A stretch of 32,000 nt of DNA from a virus. A program made the position numbers and the translations under genes. The notes under the pieces were generated by a model, which saw only the letters and a program-made list of their open reading frames with translations, was not told where the DNA came from and did no database searches. This document shows positions 7,443-16,485 of the stretch, piece after piece. Numbering within the stretch: the first letter of the stretch is position 1; every line of letters starts with the position of its first letter. Location of the stretch: IMG/VR virus record IMGVR_UViG_3300029839_000129, positions 11,317 through 43,316 of that record. One strand, 5' to 3'.

Positions 7443-9341
7443 TTATGCCAGGCTCTGTATCACGATGTATACGGTCAGATCTGCGCCGGGGATGGTCGTG
7501 CAGCTGAAGACCAGCTGTCCAGCCGCCTGCCCGGTGCAGAGCACGCCCGCCTCATAGTAGGCGGATTGCGACGTCAGCGCCGGCACCGGCGTGATGAGCT
7601 GTGTCGTCTCGTCCGCGAGCACGCCGGTGACGCTCACCGTCTGGGCATTGCTGCTCCAAGCGGACGCTTTGAGCGTAACGGAGACGCTGTGAGGCTGCCC
7701 GCTCGCCCCTGCCGGTCCAGTGGGACCGGTGGGGCCAGTAGCCCCCGCAGGCCCCGCCACGGTAGAGGCCGCGCCCTGCGGTCCAGTGGGCCCGGTCGGA
7801 CCCGTGGGGCCGGTTGGCCCGGTCGCGCCGTCCGCTCCGGCGGGACCCTGTGCTCCGTCTGTGCCCTTTGGGCCTTGCGGGCCAGTCGGTCCCGTTGGGC
7901 CTTGCGTCCCTGCCTCCCCGTCAGCTCCGCTGGGTCCGGTGGGGCCTGTGGGTCCGGTAGGTCCGGTTGCGCCTGTGGGGCCCTGTGCCCCAGTAGCTCC
8001 ATCAGCTCCGGGAGGACCTGTGGGGCCGGTCGGTCCGGTCGCGCCGTCTTCGCCCTGAAGGCCTATCAGGCCTTGCGGCCCGGTCGGGCCAGTGGGTCCC
8101 GTTTCCCCCTGCAGGCCTTGCGTCCCCTGTGAGCCGGTCGGGCCGGTCGGGCCAGTCACGCCGTCTGCGCCTGTGGGGCCTTGCGGCCCCTGCGGGCCTG
8201 TCGGTCCGGTCGGGCCAGTCGGGCCGATTTCGCCGGCGGGGCCTTGAGCTCCGTCCTTGCCGTTGGCGCCTGTGGGGCCTGTCGGGCCCGTGGGGCCGGG
8301 AACAGTAGAATCTGCGCCGGTCGGCCCGGTAGGGCCTGTCGGGCCCTGAGCGCCCTGCAGAGGGCCGTCATTGATCCACCCGGGGCTGCCGCTCACGGAG
8401 GTGTAGGTATATACGTCATAAGGCGCGCTCGTGCCGACATAGTAGTTATCGCCTATGTTTGGGCTGGGCACGCCCTGCTGGAGCGCCTCAAGGCTGTCAT
8501 ACTGGCCGAGGATATCGAGGCCGGTTCCCCGGTCGCCCTGCGGTCCTGTCGGTCCTGTGGGACCCGTTAGGCCAGTCTCGCCTTGGCTCCCCTGCGGTCC
8601 CTGTGCTCCTGTGGGTCCGGTCGGGCCGGTCGGGCCCGTCGGGCCTTCAGGGCCCGGCACATCTGAGACGGGCCCTGTCGGGCCTGTTGGGCCGGTTTCG
8701 CCCTGTAGCCCCTGCGCGCCCTGTGGGCCCGTGGGGCCGGGGACAGTTGACGCCTGTCCCTGGGGGCCGGTTGGTCCGGTCGGGCCTGTTGGGCCTTCCG
8801 GGCCCGGCACCTCTGAGGCGGGCCCGGTCGGGCCGGTCTCGCCGATGGGGCCGGTGGGGCCGATCGGGCCGGGTATAGTAGAGGCCTGCCCCTCGGGGCC
8901 CTGCGGGCCTATTGGCCCCTGCAATCCCTGCGCGCCGGTCGGGCCGGTCGGGCCCGTCGGCCCGATAGTGCCCTGCGGCCCCTGTGAGCCTGTCGGCCCG
9001 GTAGGGCCAACGGGGCCGGTGAGCATGCCGTAGTTGTGCCACTCAGGCGTCCCATCTACGATGAGCCAGGTATACAGCTCGTATGGCGGTTCGGTGCCGA
9101 TGTAATAGCTGTTGCCGATTTCAGGAGACGGCACAGCCTGCTGAAGCTCCTCGAGCGTATCGTACTGCCCGAGCACCTCAATGCCAGTGCCCGCGGGCCC
9201 CGTGGGGCCTATGAGGGAGGCCAGCCACTCCTCCGGTGTGCCCTGGAAACCGTGCGCTACTGCTACGCCGTAGGCGTCGATGTAATAGCCGTGCCAGGGG
9301 TTGGGCCAGGGGCACGGTGGATGGTAGGGGTGAAAGCTCAT
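7443..9341 (-). CDS. Collagen-like triple-helix-repeat fibre protein (632 aa), rich in GPT triplets
   Basis: Long G-X-Y runs dominated by [10 protein letters not shown]. There are two homologous ~59-aa globular inserts, and recurring breaks of the form (A/V/D)S(T/E/D)V(P/A)GP. Globular ~85-aa C-terminus. ATGA overlap with the upstream gene. Confidence 0.9.
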   Translation of the reverse strand: MSFHPYHPPCPWPNPWHGYYIDAYGVAVAHGFQGTPEEWLASLIGPTGPAGTGIEVLGQYDTLEELQQAVPSPEIGNSYYIGTEPPYELYTWLIVDGTPEWHNYGMLTGPVGPTGPTGSQGPQGTIGPTGPTGPTGAQGLQGPIGPQGPEGQASTIPGPIGPTGPIGETGPTGPASEVPGPEGPTGPTGPTGPQGQASTVPGPTGPQGAQGLQGETGPTGPTGPVSDVPGPEGPTGPTGPTGPTGAQGPQGSQGETGLTGPTGPTGPQGDRGTGLDILGQYDSLEALQQGVPSPNIGDNYYVGTSAPYDVYTYTSVSGSPGWINDGPLQGAQGPTGPTGPTGADSTVPGPTGPTGPTGANGKDGAQGPAGEIGPTGPTGPTGPQGPQGPTGADGVTGPTGPTGSQGTQGLQGETGPTGPTGPQGLIGLQGEDGATGPTGPTGPPGADGATGAQGPTGATGPTGPTGPTGPSGADGEAGTQGPTGPTGPQGPKGTDGAQGPAGADGATGPTGPTGPTGPTGPQGAASTVAGPAGATGPTGPTGPAGASGQPHSVSVTLKASAWSSNAQTVSVTGVLADETTQLITPVPALTSQSAYYEAGVLCTGQAAGQLVFSCTTIPGADLTVYIVIQSLA

Positions 9342-9700
9342 ATCAGGCCCTCCTCATAAGCCTCTGCAGGATTGTAGTTTGTGGCATACCAGCGCATGAA
9401 CTCCTTGAAGAAACTGTTGAACAGCTGATAGGTGTTCTGGTATCTCTCATACTCGCCGTTGGCGAAGTCGATGCGTGCCTCGAGATATGCCGTGTATAGC
9501 TTGTCATGGGGAGGGCGAACGAGCATAGTCGTGTTGGCATCCTTCTCATAGGTGTATGTGATGATCGCCTCAGTGCGCAGCAGCAGCACTTGAGTCTGCA
9601 CCATGCCCTCCACCTCGTTGAGCCAGCGCGTCAGCGTATCGTTGTCAAAGGCGTTTGGTTTCACCGCTTTCGCGTATGTAATAGCCTCCTGGATAGTCAT
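9338..9700 (-). CDS. Hypothetical head-completion / head-tail adaptor candidate (120 aa)
   Basis: Lies immediately downstream of the capsid gene. The function is assigned from position only. Confidence 0.45.
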   Translation of the reverse strand: MTIQEAITYAKAVKPNAFDNDTLTRWLNEVEGMVQTQVLLLRTEAIITYTYEKDANTTMLVRPPHDKLYTAYLEARIDFANGEYERYQNTYQLFNSFFKEFMRWYATNYNPAEAYEEGLI

Positions 9701-9718
9701 GCTCGCCCTCCCTTGTTA

Positions 9719-10726
9719 TCAGGACACCAGCTGAGTGCCGCCGCTCACGCCGCCCACGGCCGCGAAGCGCCAGTCGGCGAAGCCGCCCGTGAATCGGGCG
9801 TAGCCCTTCCACACGTTGGCGTCGTTGCTCGCCAGCTCGCTCCGTACTTCAAGGTTCACGCGGTTGAGCCACTCGGCGCCGCCGCGGGCTATGTTGTACC
9901 CGGAATCGAGCAGCACCCAGGCCGTCGTATCGCCGCCCAGCCACTCGTTGAGGTAGGGCCAGACGATCACGTTCCAGCGGCCGAAGAGGAAGTTGAATGC
10001 GTTGTTGGAGGTGTTCGGGTCCTTGTCCGCTCCAATGGCCGCGAATACCGCCTTTTTGAGCTTGTAGTTGTTGGGGATGAGGATGGTGTCGGGATGCACG
10101 TCGAGCACTTCGCCCGTGTCGCCCTTGAAGTCCTGCATGGCGCTCTCCATGGCCGCCAGCGCGTCCTCGGAAAACTCGTCCGCGAACTGGTTGGACTGCA
10201 GGAACTTCGCGTCCAGGATGCTCGGGTGGCTCTTGGAAAAGAGGCAAAGCTCGTCTGCGCCGGTCGTGGGGAAGGACTTCCCGCGGAAGGTCATCGCGGT
10301 GTTGCCAAGCATGGCGTTGGCGTAGAGCGCAGCGCCGAAGCGCTCGCGCGTGCGGTAGTAGCCGGCCGTAAACGCCTCGGGCTGCCGCCTGAGGTCCATG
10401 ACGGTAGCGTCGTCGATGATCTCGCGGGAGAGGCTGAAGCTGTCCTTCCACGTCATGTTGATAAGGACTTTCTTGTGGCCCTCCTGCATGTAGTCCACGG
10501 GGTACTCACCGTTTTCGCCCACGGGCTGGAAGCCCTGCATGGCAGTCATGGAGCTGATGGTCTCGCCGAAATGGCGGCTGTCGTTTATGTCGAAGAGGTG
10601 CTTGAGCATGCTCATCTGTTCAAACGCCTCGCCGCGCTTTTCGATGAACATGCGGATGGGGGCCTGGCATTTGCCGAATACGGAATCGTTAACGCCCGAG
10701 CCCTCGGTGAAGCTGATACCAGCCAT
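9719..10726 (-). CDS. Major capsid protein (335 aa)
   Basis: Size and position after the scaffold and decoration-like genes. The whole stretch carries a long antisense shadow ORF, which is typical of a strongly GC3-biased gene. Confidence 0.7.
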   Translation of the reverse strand: MAGISFTEGSGVNDSVFGKCQAPIRMFIEKRGEAFEQMSMLKHLFDINDSRHFGETISSMTAMQGFQPVGENGEYPVDYMQEGHKKVLINMTWKDSFSLSREIIDDATVMDLRRQPEAFTAGYYRTRERFGAALYANAMLGNTAMTFRGKSFPTTGADELCLFSKSHPSILDAKFLQSNQFADEFSEDALAAMESAMQDFKGDTGEVLDVHPDTILIPNNYKLKKAVFAAIGADKDPNTSNNAFNFLFGRWNVIVWPYLNEWLGGDTTAWVLLDSGYNIARGGAEWLNRVNLEVRSELASNDANVWKGYARFTGGFADWRFAAVGGVSGGTQLVS

Positions 10727-10753
10727 AAAAAATCACTTCCTTTCTTGTGTTTA

Positions 10754-11158
10754 TCAGGCCGGGAACCTGACGTAAACGGTATCGCCCACGGCGGTGCCGT
10801 CCATAGAAACTACCTCGGCCACGCCGCTCGTGGTAGTGGCCGTTACCTGCATGCCGTCGGCGCTGAGCGTCACAAGGTCGCCCGCGTTCACCGCGCTTGC
10901 AGCGGCGCTCCAGCTCGTGGCGAAGAGCGTCCCCTCGAGCACGCGGAAAACGGGGATGATGGTGCCCGCCGTCAGCGCGCTCTCGGCGGCCGTGGCGCAT
11001 ATGTACTGCGGCCGCGTGGTCGCGCCGCAGGCGGCCAGGTTGCCGTCGGTCATGCCGAGCGCCATGCCTATCTGAGGCGTGATCGCGCCCGCGGGCAGAT
11101 ACTCCAGCCCGGGGATGATGCCGCCGTTGTTCTGGGATATGAGAAAAGCCATTTTCAT
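10754..11158 (-). CDS. Small head protein (134 aa), decoration-like (DUF2190-like)
   Basis: Gly/Ala/Thr-rich 134-aa protein between the scaffold and capsid genes. The family call is tentative. Confidence 0.45.
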   Translation of the reverse strand: MKMAFLISQNNGGIIPGLEYLPAGAITPQIGMALGMTDGNLAACGATTRPQYICATAAESALTAGTIIPVFRVLEGTLFATSWSAAASAVNAGDLVTLSADGMQVTATTTSGVAEVVSMDGTAVGDTVYVRFPA

Positions 11159-12078
11159 TACACTCCTTTCGAGATGTTTTTGAGATATCTTGCGTAGTCC
11201 GCCCTGATCTCGGCCTCAGTCGCCTTGGGGTTTATGGCGCGGTAATATTCCAGCACCTCAGCAGATATAGCGGGAACGTCGCCGCCCTTCCCCCGGGATT
11301 TTGTGGCCTCCAGATGGGCCTTGCTCTGGGCCGCATTTATGGCGGCCTGTTTCGTCGCCGCAGCCGCCCGCTCCGAGAGCCGCTCCATGTTGGCCAGCCT
11401 GTAGGCCTCCACGAGGCTGAGGCGGTTCTGCTTCACGAATCGGTAGAACTCCGCGTAGTTCGGCATCTTCGCGAGGTCCTCGACCGTGTTGATCGCAGGG
11501 TCGAGCTCGTGTATCTGCCTCAGCTGCTCGTTCATCGCCGCGGCCGCGGCCTGCCGTTTCGCCTCCCTCGCCTCTTCGAGCTGGGCCTTGATCTCAGGCT
11601 GCTCAGCCGCGAGTTTGGCGAACTCCTCCTCGGTCATGCCGGCCTTTTTCAGCAGCTTGGTCCGCCTGTCCTCGTCCAGTTTGGCGCGATAGGCGTCGTA
11701 GTCGGCCTTGTTCTTGATGGGCTCCTTGGTGTAGGGGTTCGTGAGACCCAGCGCCTCGATGCTCTCGTCCAGCTGCTTCGCAGCGCGGGCCCGTATCTCG
11801 CGCGCTATCTGCTCGCGGGTCTGTGGATCTATCCCCGCGCCGGCGTTTCCCGCGCCTTTTTCCTCGGGCGTCTGTCCGCCCGGCTCTTCGCCTCCGGGCT
11901 CTTCGCCGCCGGGCGGCGCCGTCTCCGGGCCGTCTCCCGCCGTCGGCTGCTGTTCGCTCGGGGTGTTGGCCGCGCTGGCGGCGTCTTCGGGCTCACGTTC
12001 GCCCTGAGGCCCTTCCGGCCCGGGGTCTCCGGTCGGCTCCCCGCTTGTGTCTACGCCGAATATTTTGTCGTAGTCCAT
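11158..12078 (-). CDS. Scaffolding protein (306 aa)
   Basis: Acidic, Pro/Gly/Glu-rich, low-complexity N-terminus followed by a long charged helical region (KLDEDRRTKLLKKAGMTEEEFAKLAAEQPEIKAQLEEAREAKRQ). Lies between the portal and capsid genes. Confidence 0.65.
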   Translation of the reverse strand: MDYDKIFGVDTSGEPTGDPGPEGPQGEREPEDAASAANTPSEQQPTAGDGPETAPPGGEEPGGEEPGGQTPEEKGAGNAGAGIDPQTREQIAREIRARAAKQLDESIEALGLTNPYTKEPIKNKADYDAYRAKLDEDRRTKLLKKAGMTEEEFAKLAAEQPEIKAQLEEAREAKRQAAAAAMNEQLRQIHELDPAINTVEDLAKMPNYAEFYRFVKQNRLSLVEAYRLANMERLSERAAAATKQAAINAAQSKAHLEATKSRGKGGDVPAISAEVLEYYRAINPKATEAEIRADYARYLKNISKGV

Positions 12079-12092
12079 TTTTACCTATCCTT

Positions 12093-12281
12093 TCACTTTC
12101 TGCCGTTGCCGGTGCGGAGATCGTTGCCGCGCTTTACTATCTCCTTGCCGCGCTTGCCGTTGGGGTCAATGGGCGCCTCGACGCGCTGAGCGCCGTCGTT
12201 GCTGATCCGGCCGATGTAGCCGCGGCCGTTGCGCCTGCCGTAGTCGCGGCCCCTGTTCCTGCTGTTATCAGGCATAGCCAT
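12093..12281 (-). CDS. Small, very basic protein (62 aa; Arg/Gly/Asn-rich)
   Basis: ATG 12281 is preceded by AAAGGAGGGA. Lies between the portal and scaffold genes. Confidence 0.45.
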   Translation of the reverse strand: MAMPDNSRNRGRDYGRRNGRGYIGRISNDGAQRVEAPIDPNGKRGKEIVKRGNDLRTGNGRK

Positions 12282-12341
12282 TTATGTCCCTCCTTTCGAT
12301 GTGTTGTGGCGGATGATAACGCTCTCTCCTGCGCATAGGTA

Positions 12342-14471
12342 TCACATAGCGCCACCGCCCGTCTGTGCGTTGCCGAGCGCAGCCGCCTCCACCTGGCCGG
12401 CGAGTTCCGCCGCCTGCTGGGCGGCCGCCTGGCGCGCCTGCATCTGTATCTGAACGGCCTGCAGCTGTTCCTGCCGGCGCTGCTCCTGCTCAAGATAGCC
12501 GAGCGTTTCGCCGGCCCCCGGATAGTGCAGGAGATTCATCTTCCGCCAGAAGAGTATCAGTGTGCTCAGGCTTTGCGGGTTGCCGAAGGCCCCGGTCTGC
12601 AGGTTCATCCGCGTCTCCTGCCACATCGCCTCCCGGTTTGAGGCCAGCGGCGCGGAGGTATCGCAGGTGAAGAGGAAGGCATCGTTCCAGTACCACTCCC
12701 CGCTCGCGTCCTGCTGGAGGAAATCGAAGCGGTCGAAGGTCTTGTACTCGGCATTGCCCCGCTCGTCCAGCGTTCGCACAGCGCGAGGCTCGTCCGCATA
12801 GGCCAGCTTGAACTTGAACATGAGCTCGAACAGCGCAGCATACGCCGCGTCGCGCATCACCCGTTTGGACTCAAGCCGCCCCGCAGTCTGCGCCGCGGCG
12901 AACTCCTTGGCCGTGCCGCTCGTCGCCGTCGTGTCCCGCCGCCCCTGGAACGAATCGGTTATGCCAATGATCTGCCGGGCCTCCTCGTATATGTGGTCGA
13001 GGTATTCGCGGTCCTGGCTCACATCGCCCTCGAGGTTATATACGCCTATCATGTTCGCGTCCGCGGGGTTTGCCGGGCGGTAGACGCGCATATCGTTTTC
13101 ATCTATACCCACGCTCGCATCCGCGGGCAGCGTGACAAAGGAGCCGCTCGATATGAGCTTGTCGATGATCTTTTTTTCGAGCCTGTTGGTGGTGTTCTGC
13201 TGGTCCGTGATCTTGTCGATATCGCTGTCGCCGAGGAACTGCCCGTATACGCTCACGTTTTTCTGGAGCACAACAGGATAGCGGAGGGGCTTGTAATACG
13301 GCACACGGAACGGCACGAGCCGCACGGCCGGCACAGGAAGGCCCGTGATTTCGTCGATCTCGCCGGTGAGATAGACCTCCTCGTGTGCGCCCGGTATCCT
13401 GTGCCCGAGGCTCGTCGTGATGGGCGTCCAGATCTCCTCGAACTCCTCCTCGCTGTACTCCCAATCCGTCGAGCCGCAGTAGGGGCAGCGCCGCGCCTCG
13501 TGCCCGTCCGGCTCTTCCTCCGGCTCTTCCTCGCCCTCGGGCCAGAGCTCGCCGTCTATCCAGCGCATGGCCCCGCTCCAGCCCTCGTCGTCAGGCGGGA
13601 GCCCCGGGCGGCCCGAAACCCCCTCGGCCTGTTCCTTGACTGAGATCTCCTCGAAGTCTTCCTCTTCCTCGAGCGCGTGCTGCTTATCATCGCCGTCGTC
13701 GGCCGTGGGCTCGAGCTGGCCGCATACGGCGCAGCGCCGCAGCCGCCTCGCCTGGTAGTCCTCGAGGTCCTCGAGCTCAACATCCCCGCACCAGCTGTAC
13801 ATGCCAATCCCGCCGGCGTCGTTCCGGTAGTAGGCGATATACTGCGTCACCATGTCCTCAGCCGTGGAGCCGTCGCCGCCCTTGATATCCGGCTCAGCCT
13901 CGCCCTCGAAGGAAACGTCCTTCCCGTACCGCCGGTATATGTATTCCCGGGTCTGCGGCATCTTGAGGATGATGTAATCCATGTCCTCGATGCCGCTGTA
14001 CACGCCGTCCTGCGGCACCATCTGCCGCGGGTGGATGGGCACGACGTTCAGCTCGCCGATCGTGGTGTGCGTGCGCGCCGTGTTGTCCCACTCCACAAGA
14101 TAAGCCCCGCCGCCCTGGATGGGGACTATCCGCTCCATGAGGTCGTTGATCTCAGCAAAGGGCAGGCGGTCCATCTCATTGCGCAGCATGTCCTCGATTA
14201 TCTTGGCAAGCGGCTCGTCCTTCTCGTGGACCGCTGTGACCTTCGGCGAGGGGATGTTGCTGTCCACCTGGGCCTCTATGAGCTCGCTGCATATGTTCCG
14301 CACGTGCGGCGTTTTGGCGTTGCTCGGCCGGTATTTGTTCACGAGGGGGAAGATGTACCTGGAGCCCTGATACAGCCGCTCGCGCTCGTCCATGAGCGCA
14401 TACCAGTTTTCGTATTGCGAATCATTCCGGGCAAGTCTGTCCTGCCACAGGTGCAGCCTGTCTCTGTTCAT
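12342..14471 (-). CDS. Portal protein (709 aa) with an internal acidic CxxC...CxxC insertion
   Basis: Lies directly downstream of terL. ATG 14471 follows AAGGAGGAGAC. Large size and a Gln-rich C-terminal helix. The family was not verified. Confidence 0.75.
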   Translation of the reverse strand: MNRDRLHLWQDRLARNDSQYENWYALMDERERLYQGSRYIFPLVNKYRPSNAKTPHVRNICSELIEAQVDSNIPSPKVTAVHEKDEPLAKIIEDMLRNEMDRLPFAEINDLMERIVPIQGGGAYLVEWDNTARTHTTIGELNVVPIHPRQMVPQDGVYSGIEDMDYIILKMPQTREYIYRRYGKDVSFEGEAEPDIKGGDGSTAEDMVTQYIAYYRNDAGGIGMYSWCGDVELEDLEDYQARRLRRCAVCGQLEPTADDGDDKQHALEEEEDFEEISVKEQAEGVSGRPGLPPDDEGWSGAMRWIDGELWPEGEEEPEEEPDGHEARRCPYCGSTDWEYSEEEFEEIWTPITTSLGHRIPGAHEEVYLTGEIDEITGLPVPAVRLVPFRVPYYKPLRYPVVLQKNVSVYGQFLGDSDIDKITDQQNTTNRLEKKIIDKLISSGSFVTLPADASVGIDENDMRVYRPANPADANMIGVYNLEGDVSQDREYLDHIYEEARQIIGITDSFQGRRDTTATSGTAKEFAAAQTAGRLESKRVMRDAAYAALFELMFKFKLAYADEPRAVRTLDERGNAEYKTFDRFDFLQQDASGEWYWNDAFLFTCDTSAPLASNREAMWQETRMNLQTGAFGNPQSLSTLILFWRKMNLLHYPGAGETLGYLEQEQRRQEQLQAVQIQMQARQAAAQQAAELAGQVEAAALGNAQTGGGAM

Positions 14472-14480
14472 GTCTCCTCC

Positions 14481-15872
14481 TTATCTGCCGGGCGGCCCCC
14501 AGCGCTGCTCCAGGAAGCGCTTCCCCGCGGGGGACGCGCGCCGGTAATCCTCCAGCATGTCCCTGGTCCATTGCATCCGGGCCGGCGCCTCCTGTATGTG
14601 TGCCGCCCGCGTCCAGTACACGCAGAAGCCGCGAACAGCGTCCGCCGCGTGAGTGAGCTCGTGCGGCTCCGTTGCCACATCGTTTACCCGCTTATCGTCA
14701 TAGCGCAGCTGAGGCAGCGTGCGGATGAGGTTGGTGCAGAGGGGGAATATGCGCAGCTTTGCCGCCCGCCGCCCCTGCTCGTCCTCAAACACATGGAGCC
14801 GCTCGTGCATCGCCATCCAGCCGTCCAGCCTGTCGTTGCTCGTTTTGGTGAGGGCAATGCCGTGCTCTGCGAATATGTCCGCCACGCTTCGCCCGGTCTC
14901 CTGCCGCGCGGCCCAGAGGTCCGGCGGCGCGAGATAGGCTGTGACCTTGTCGCCGCCCACCATGTCCAGCACGGCCTGGGCCGCCTCGCTCACTATGAGT
15001 CCCCTGGCGTTCTCGCCGAGGTCCCGGCCCTGATACACCTCGCGTATGACATAGGCCATGTCGTGTTCGTCCACCGCGATGAGGTAGGCCGCCAGCATGT
15101 CGAGGCCGTAGTCCATGGTCACATATCGCCGCCACCATGCCGGCGGCTCGAAGGGCTCCACCACATGCACATCCCGGTCCCACTCGCTGAAATACTGGCC
15201 CGCGAACACGTCCCAGGAGCCGTTGAGCCAGGCCTCGCGCAGCTCATAGGGCAGGGATTCGAGCATGCGGATATATTCGGGGTCCCGCTCCATGAGCATG
15301 GGATTGTCAGTTACTTTAGCCTGGATGAATTCGTAGTCGTCCGCCCGCTCGTCGCCACGGTACAGGCGGTCGATAAAAAGCCGCTTCACCCAGGCATGGC
15401 CCACGCCGCCCGGGTTGCAGGTGAGGTACATGCGCTTTGGGAATCCGCTCACGCCGCGCAAACATCCCTTGAAGGTTTGGAACTGGTACTCCGTAAGCTG
15501 TGTCGCCTCGTCGATGAAGATGATATCGTACTCCTGCCCCTGATACCTGAGCACATCCCGCTCCGCGGAGCAGTAGCCGAACCAGATGTTCGAGCCGTTT
15601 GGAAAAATGAATCTCTTCTGGTTGTCGTTCCAGCGTGCTATGCCGTTGAGCTCAGATTGCAGGGGCAGAATGTGGTTTTGCAGCAGTTCGGGGTAAGTGC
15701 GGCGAATTATCAGAATGTTGATACCGGCGTATCTCGAAGCCAGCAGCATTGCCTTCATGCGTACGGACCAGGTCTTGCCGCCGCCGCGCGCCCCGCCGTA
15801 GCCTATAAAGCGCCGTCGAGCTTTAAAGAACAGCTTTTGCCGCTCGTTGAGCCGCAGGACTTTAGTCTGCAT
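14481..15872 (-). CDS. terL: Terminase large subunit (463 aa)
   Basis: Walker A motif GYGGARGGGKTWS, then IIFIDEA (Walker B-like), then a C-terminal nuclease-like region. ATG 15872 follows GAGGAGG. The ORF-track start at 15911 is an upstream extension that overlaps terS. Confidence 0.9.
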   Translation of the reverse strand: MQTKVLRLNERQKLFFKARRRFIGYGGARGGGKTWSVRMKAMLLASRYAGINILIIRRTYPELLQNHILPLQSELNGIARWNDNQKRFIFPNGSNIWFGYCSAERDVLRYQGQEYDIIFIDEATQLTEYQFQTFKGCLRGVSGFPKRMYLTCNPGGVGHAWVKRLFIDRLYRGDERADDYEFIQAKVTDNPMLMERDPEYIRMLESLPYELREAWLNGSWDVFAGQYFSEWDRDVHVVEPFEPPAWWRRYVTMDYGLDMLAAYLIAVDEHDMAYVIREVYQGRDLGENARGLIVSEAAQAVLDMVGGDKVTAYLAPPDLWAARQETGRSVADIFAEHGIALTKTSNDRLDGWMAMHERLHVFEDEQGRRAAKLRIFPLCTNLIRTLPQLRYDDKRVNDVATEPHELTHAADAVRGFCVYWTRAAHIQEAPARMQWTRDMLEDYRRASPAGKRFLEQRWGPPGR

Positions 15873-16368
15873 AGCCCGCCGCCTCCTCGCTCGTGGCCTC
15901 GCGGAACACATAGTTCACGGTGTTGTCGTCAACTATCGCGGCCTCCACCCTGTTCCGCCAGCGCTCAGGCTCGCGGTTCGTGAGCCAGAAGATCTGCGCC
16001 TTGACGTCGGCTTTGATATAAACCTCTTCCTCGGCCATCACGATTTTTTCGCGGTCGATGCGCCGGCCGCGCGCGTCGTAGGTTGTGGTTTTTATCTTCA
16101 TCGGCTTTTTGAGTACCCGAACACCTCCGAGCGCCGTCTCAAGCAGGCTCCGTTCGACGCTTTCATTGACCGCGCGCGCATCCGCGCCCGTGCGTGCGCG
16201 CGTCACCGCCTCCGACATCTCCGGGTGCTTTTTGAGCCACTCGTAGAAGGTCGAGGAGCTGATGCCCATCTCCTTCGCCATCTCGGCGTCAGTCAATCGC
16301 GGCGCCATCTCGGCGAGCCGCTCAAGCCCCTGTTCTGTCAGCCATTCTGCATATTTGGCCCGCGCCAC
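15862..16368 (-). CDS. terS: Terminase small subunit
   Basis: N-terminal HTH-like LTDAEMAKEMGISSSTFYEWLKKHPE. Overlaps the terL start by 11 nt. GTG 16377 abuts the RBS, so GTG 16368 (6 nt after GGGAGGTG) is preferred. Confidence 0.75.
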   Translation of the reverse strand: MARAKYAEWLTEQGLERLAEMAPRLTDAEMAKEMGISSSTFYEWLKKHPEMSEAVTRARTGADARAVNESVERSLLETALGGVRVLKKPMKIKTTTYDARGRRIDREKIVMAEEEVYIKADVKAQIFWLTNREPERWRNRVEAAIVDDNTVNYVFREATSEEAAGYAD

Positions 16369-16455
16369 GACCAGCACCTCCCTGCGCGCGTACTATCTCT
16401 CAATCTGCAATCTATCAGCCTTACCCCCTCTGTTACCGTCAACTTTCAGGCGCAC

Positions 16456-16485
16456 AAAAAAAGCGCCCCCCAGCAGGGGAGCGCT
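16456..16485 (-). terminator. Rho-independent terminator between the 89-aa gene and terS
   Basis: On the minus strand: AGCGCTCCCC-TGCT-GGGGGGCGCT followed by T7-8. It starts immediately after the stop codon at 16486. Confidence 0.75.

Noticed and set aside
7275-9033. Several + strand ORFs reading GPV/GPC repeats, and a periodic 9-bp DNA repeat that could be taken for a repeat array
   Set aside because: They are the reverse-complement reading of the collagen-like gene (GPT becomes GPV). The periodicity comes from G-X-Y codons. There are no spacers or CRISPR-like repeats, and no cas genes.
9506-11197. 563-aa ORF on the + strand
   Set aside because: It is antisense to the connector-candidate, capsid and decoration-like genes. 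The product is a low-complexity Arg/Gly/His/Val-rich shadow ORF, and no RBS is present.
11314-12338. Two + strand ORFs of 291 and 171 aa, plus the 118-aa minus-strand ORF at 12137..12493
   Set aside because: They are antisense to, or out of frame with, the scaffold, small basic protein and portal genes. All are Arg/Leu/Pro/Ser/Ala-rich low-complexity translations.
13677-15983. 768-aa ORF on the + strand, the longest in the track
   Set aside because: It is antisense to the portal and terL genes, both of which have clear motifs, RBSs and operon context. Its translation is Arg/His/Pro/Val-rich with no recognisable domain. It is a typical shadow ORF of GC3-rich coding DNA.
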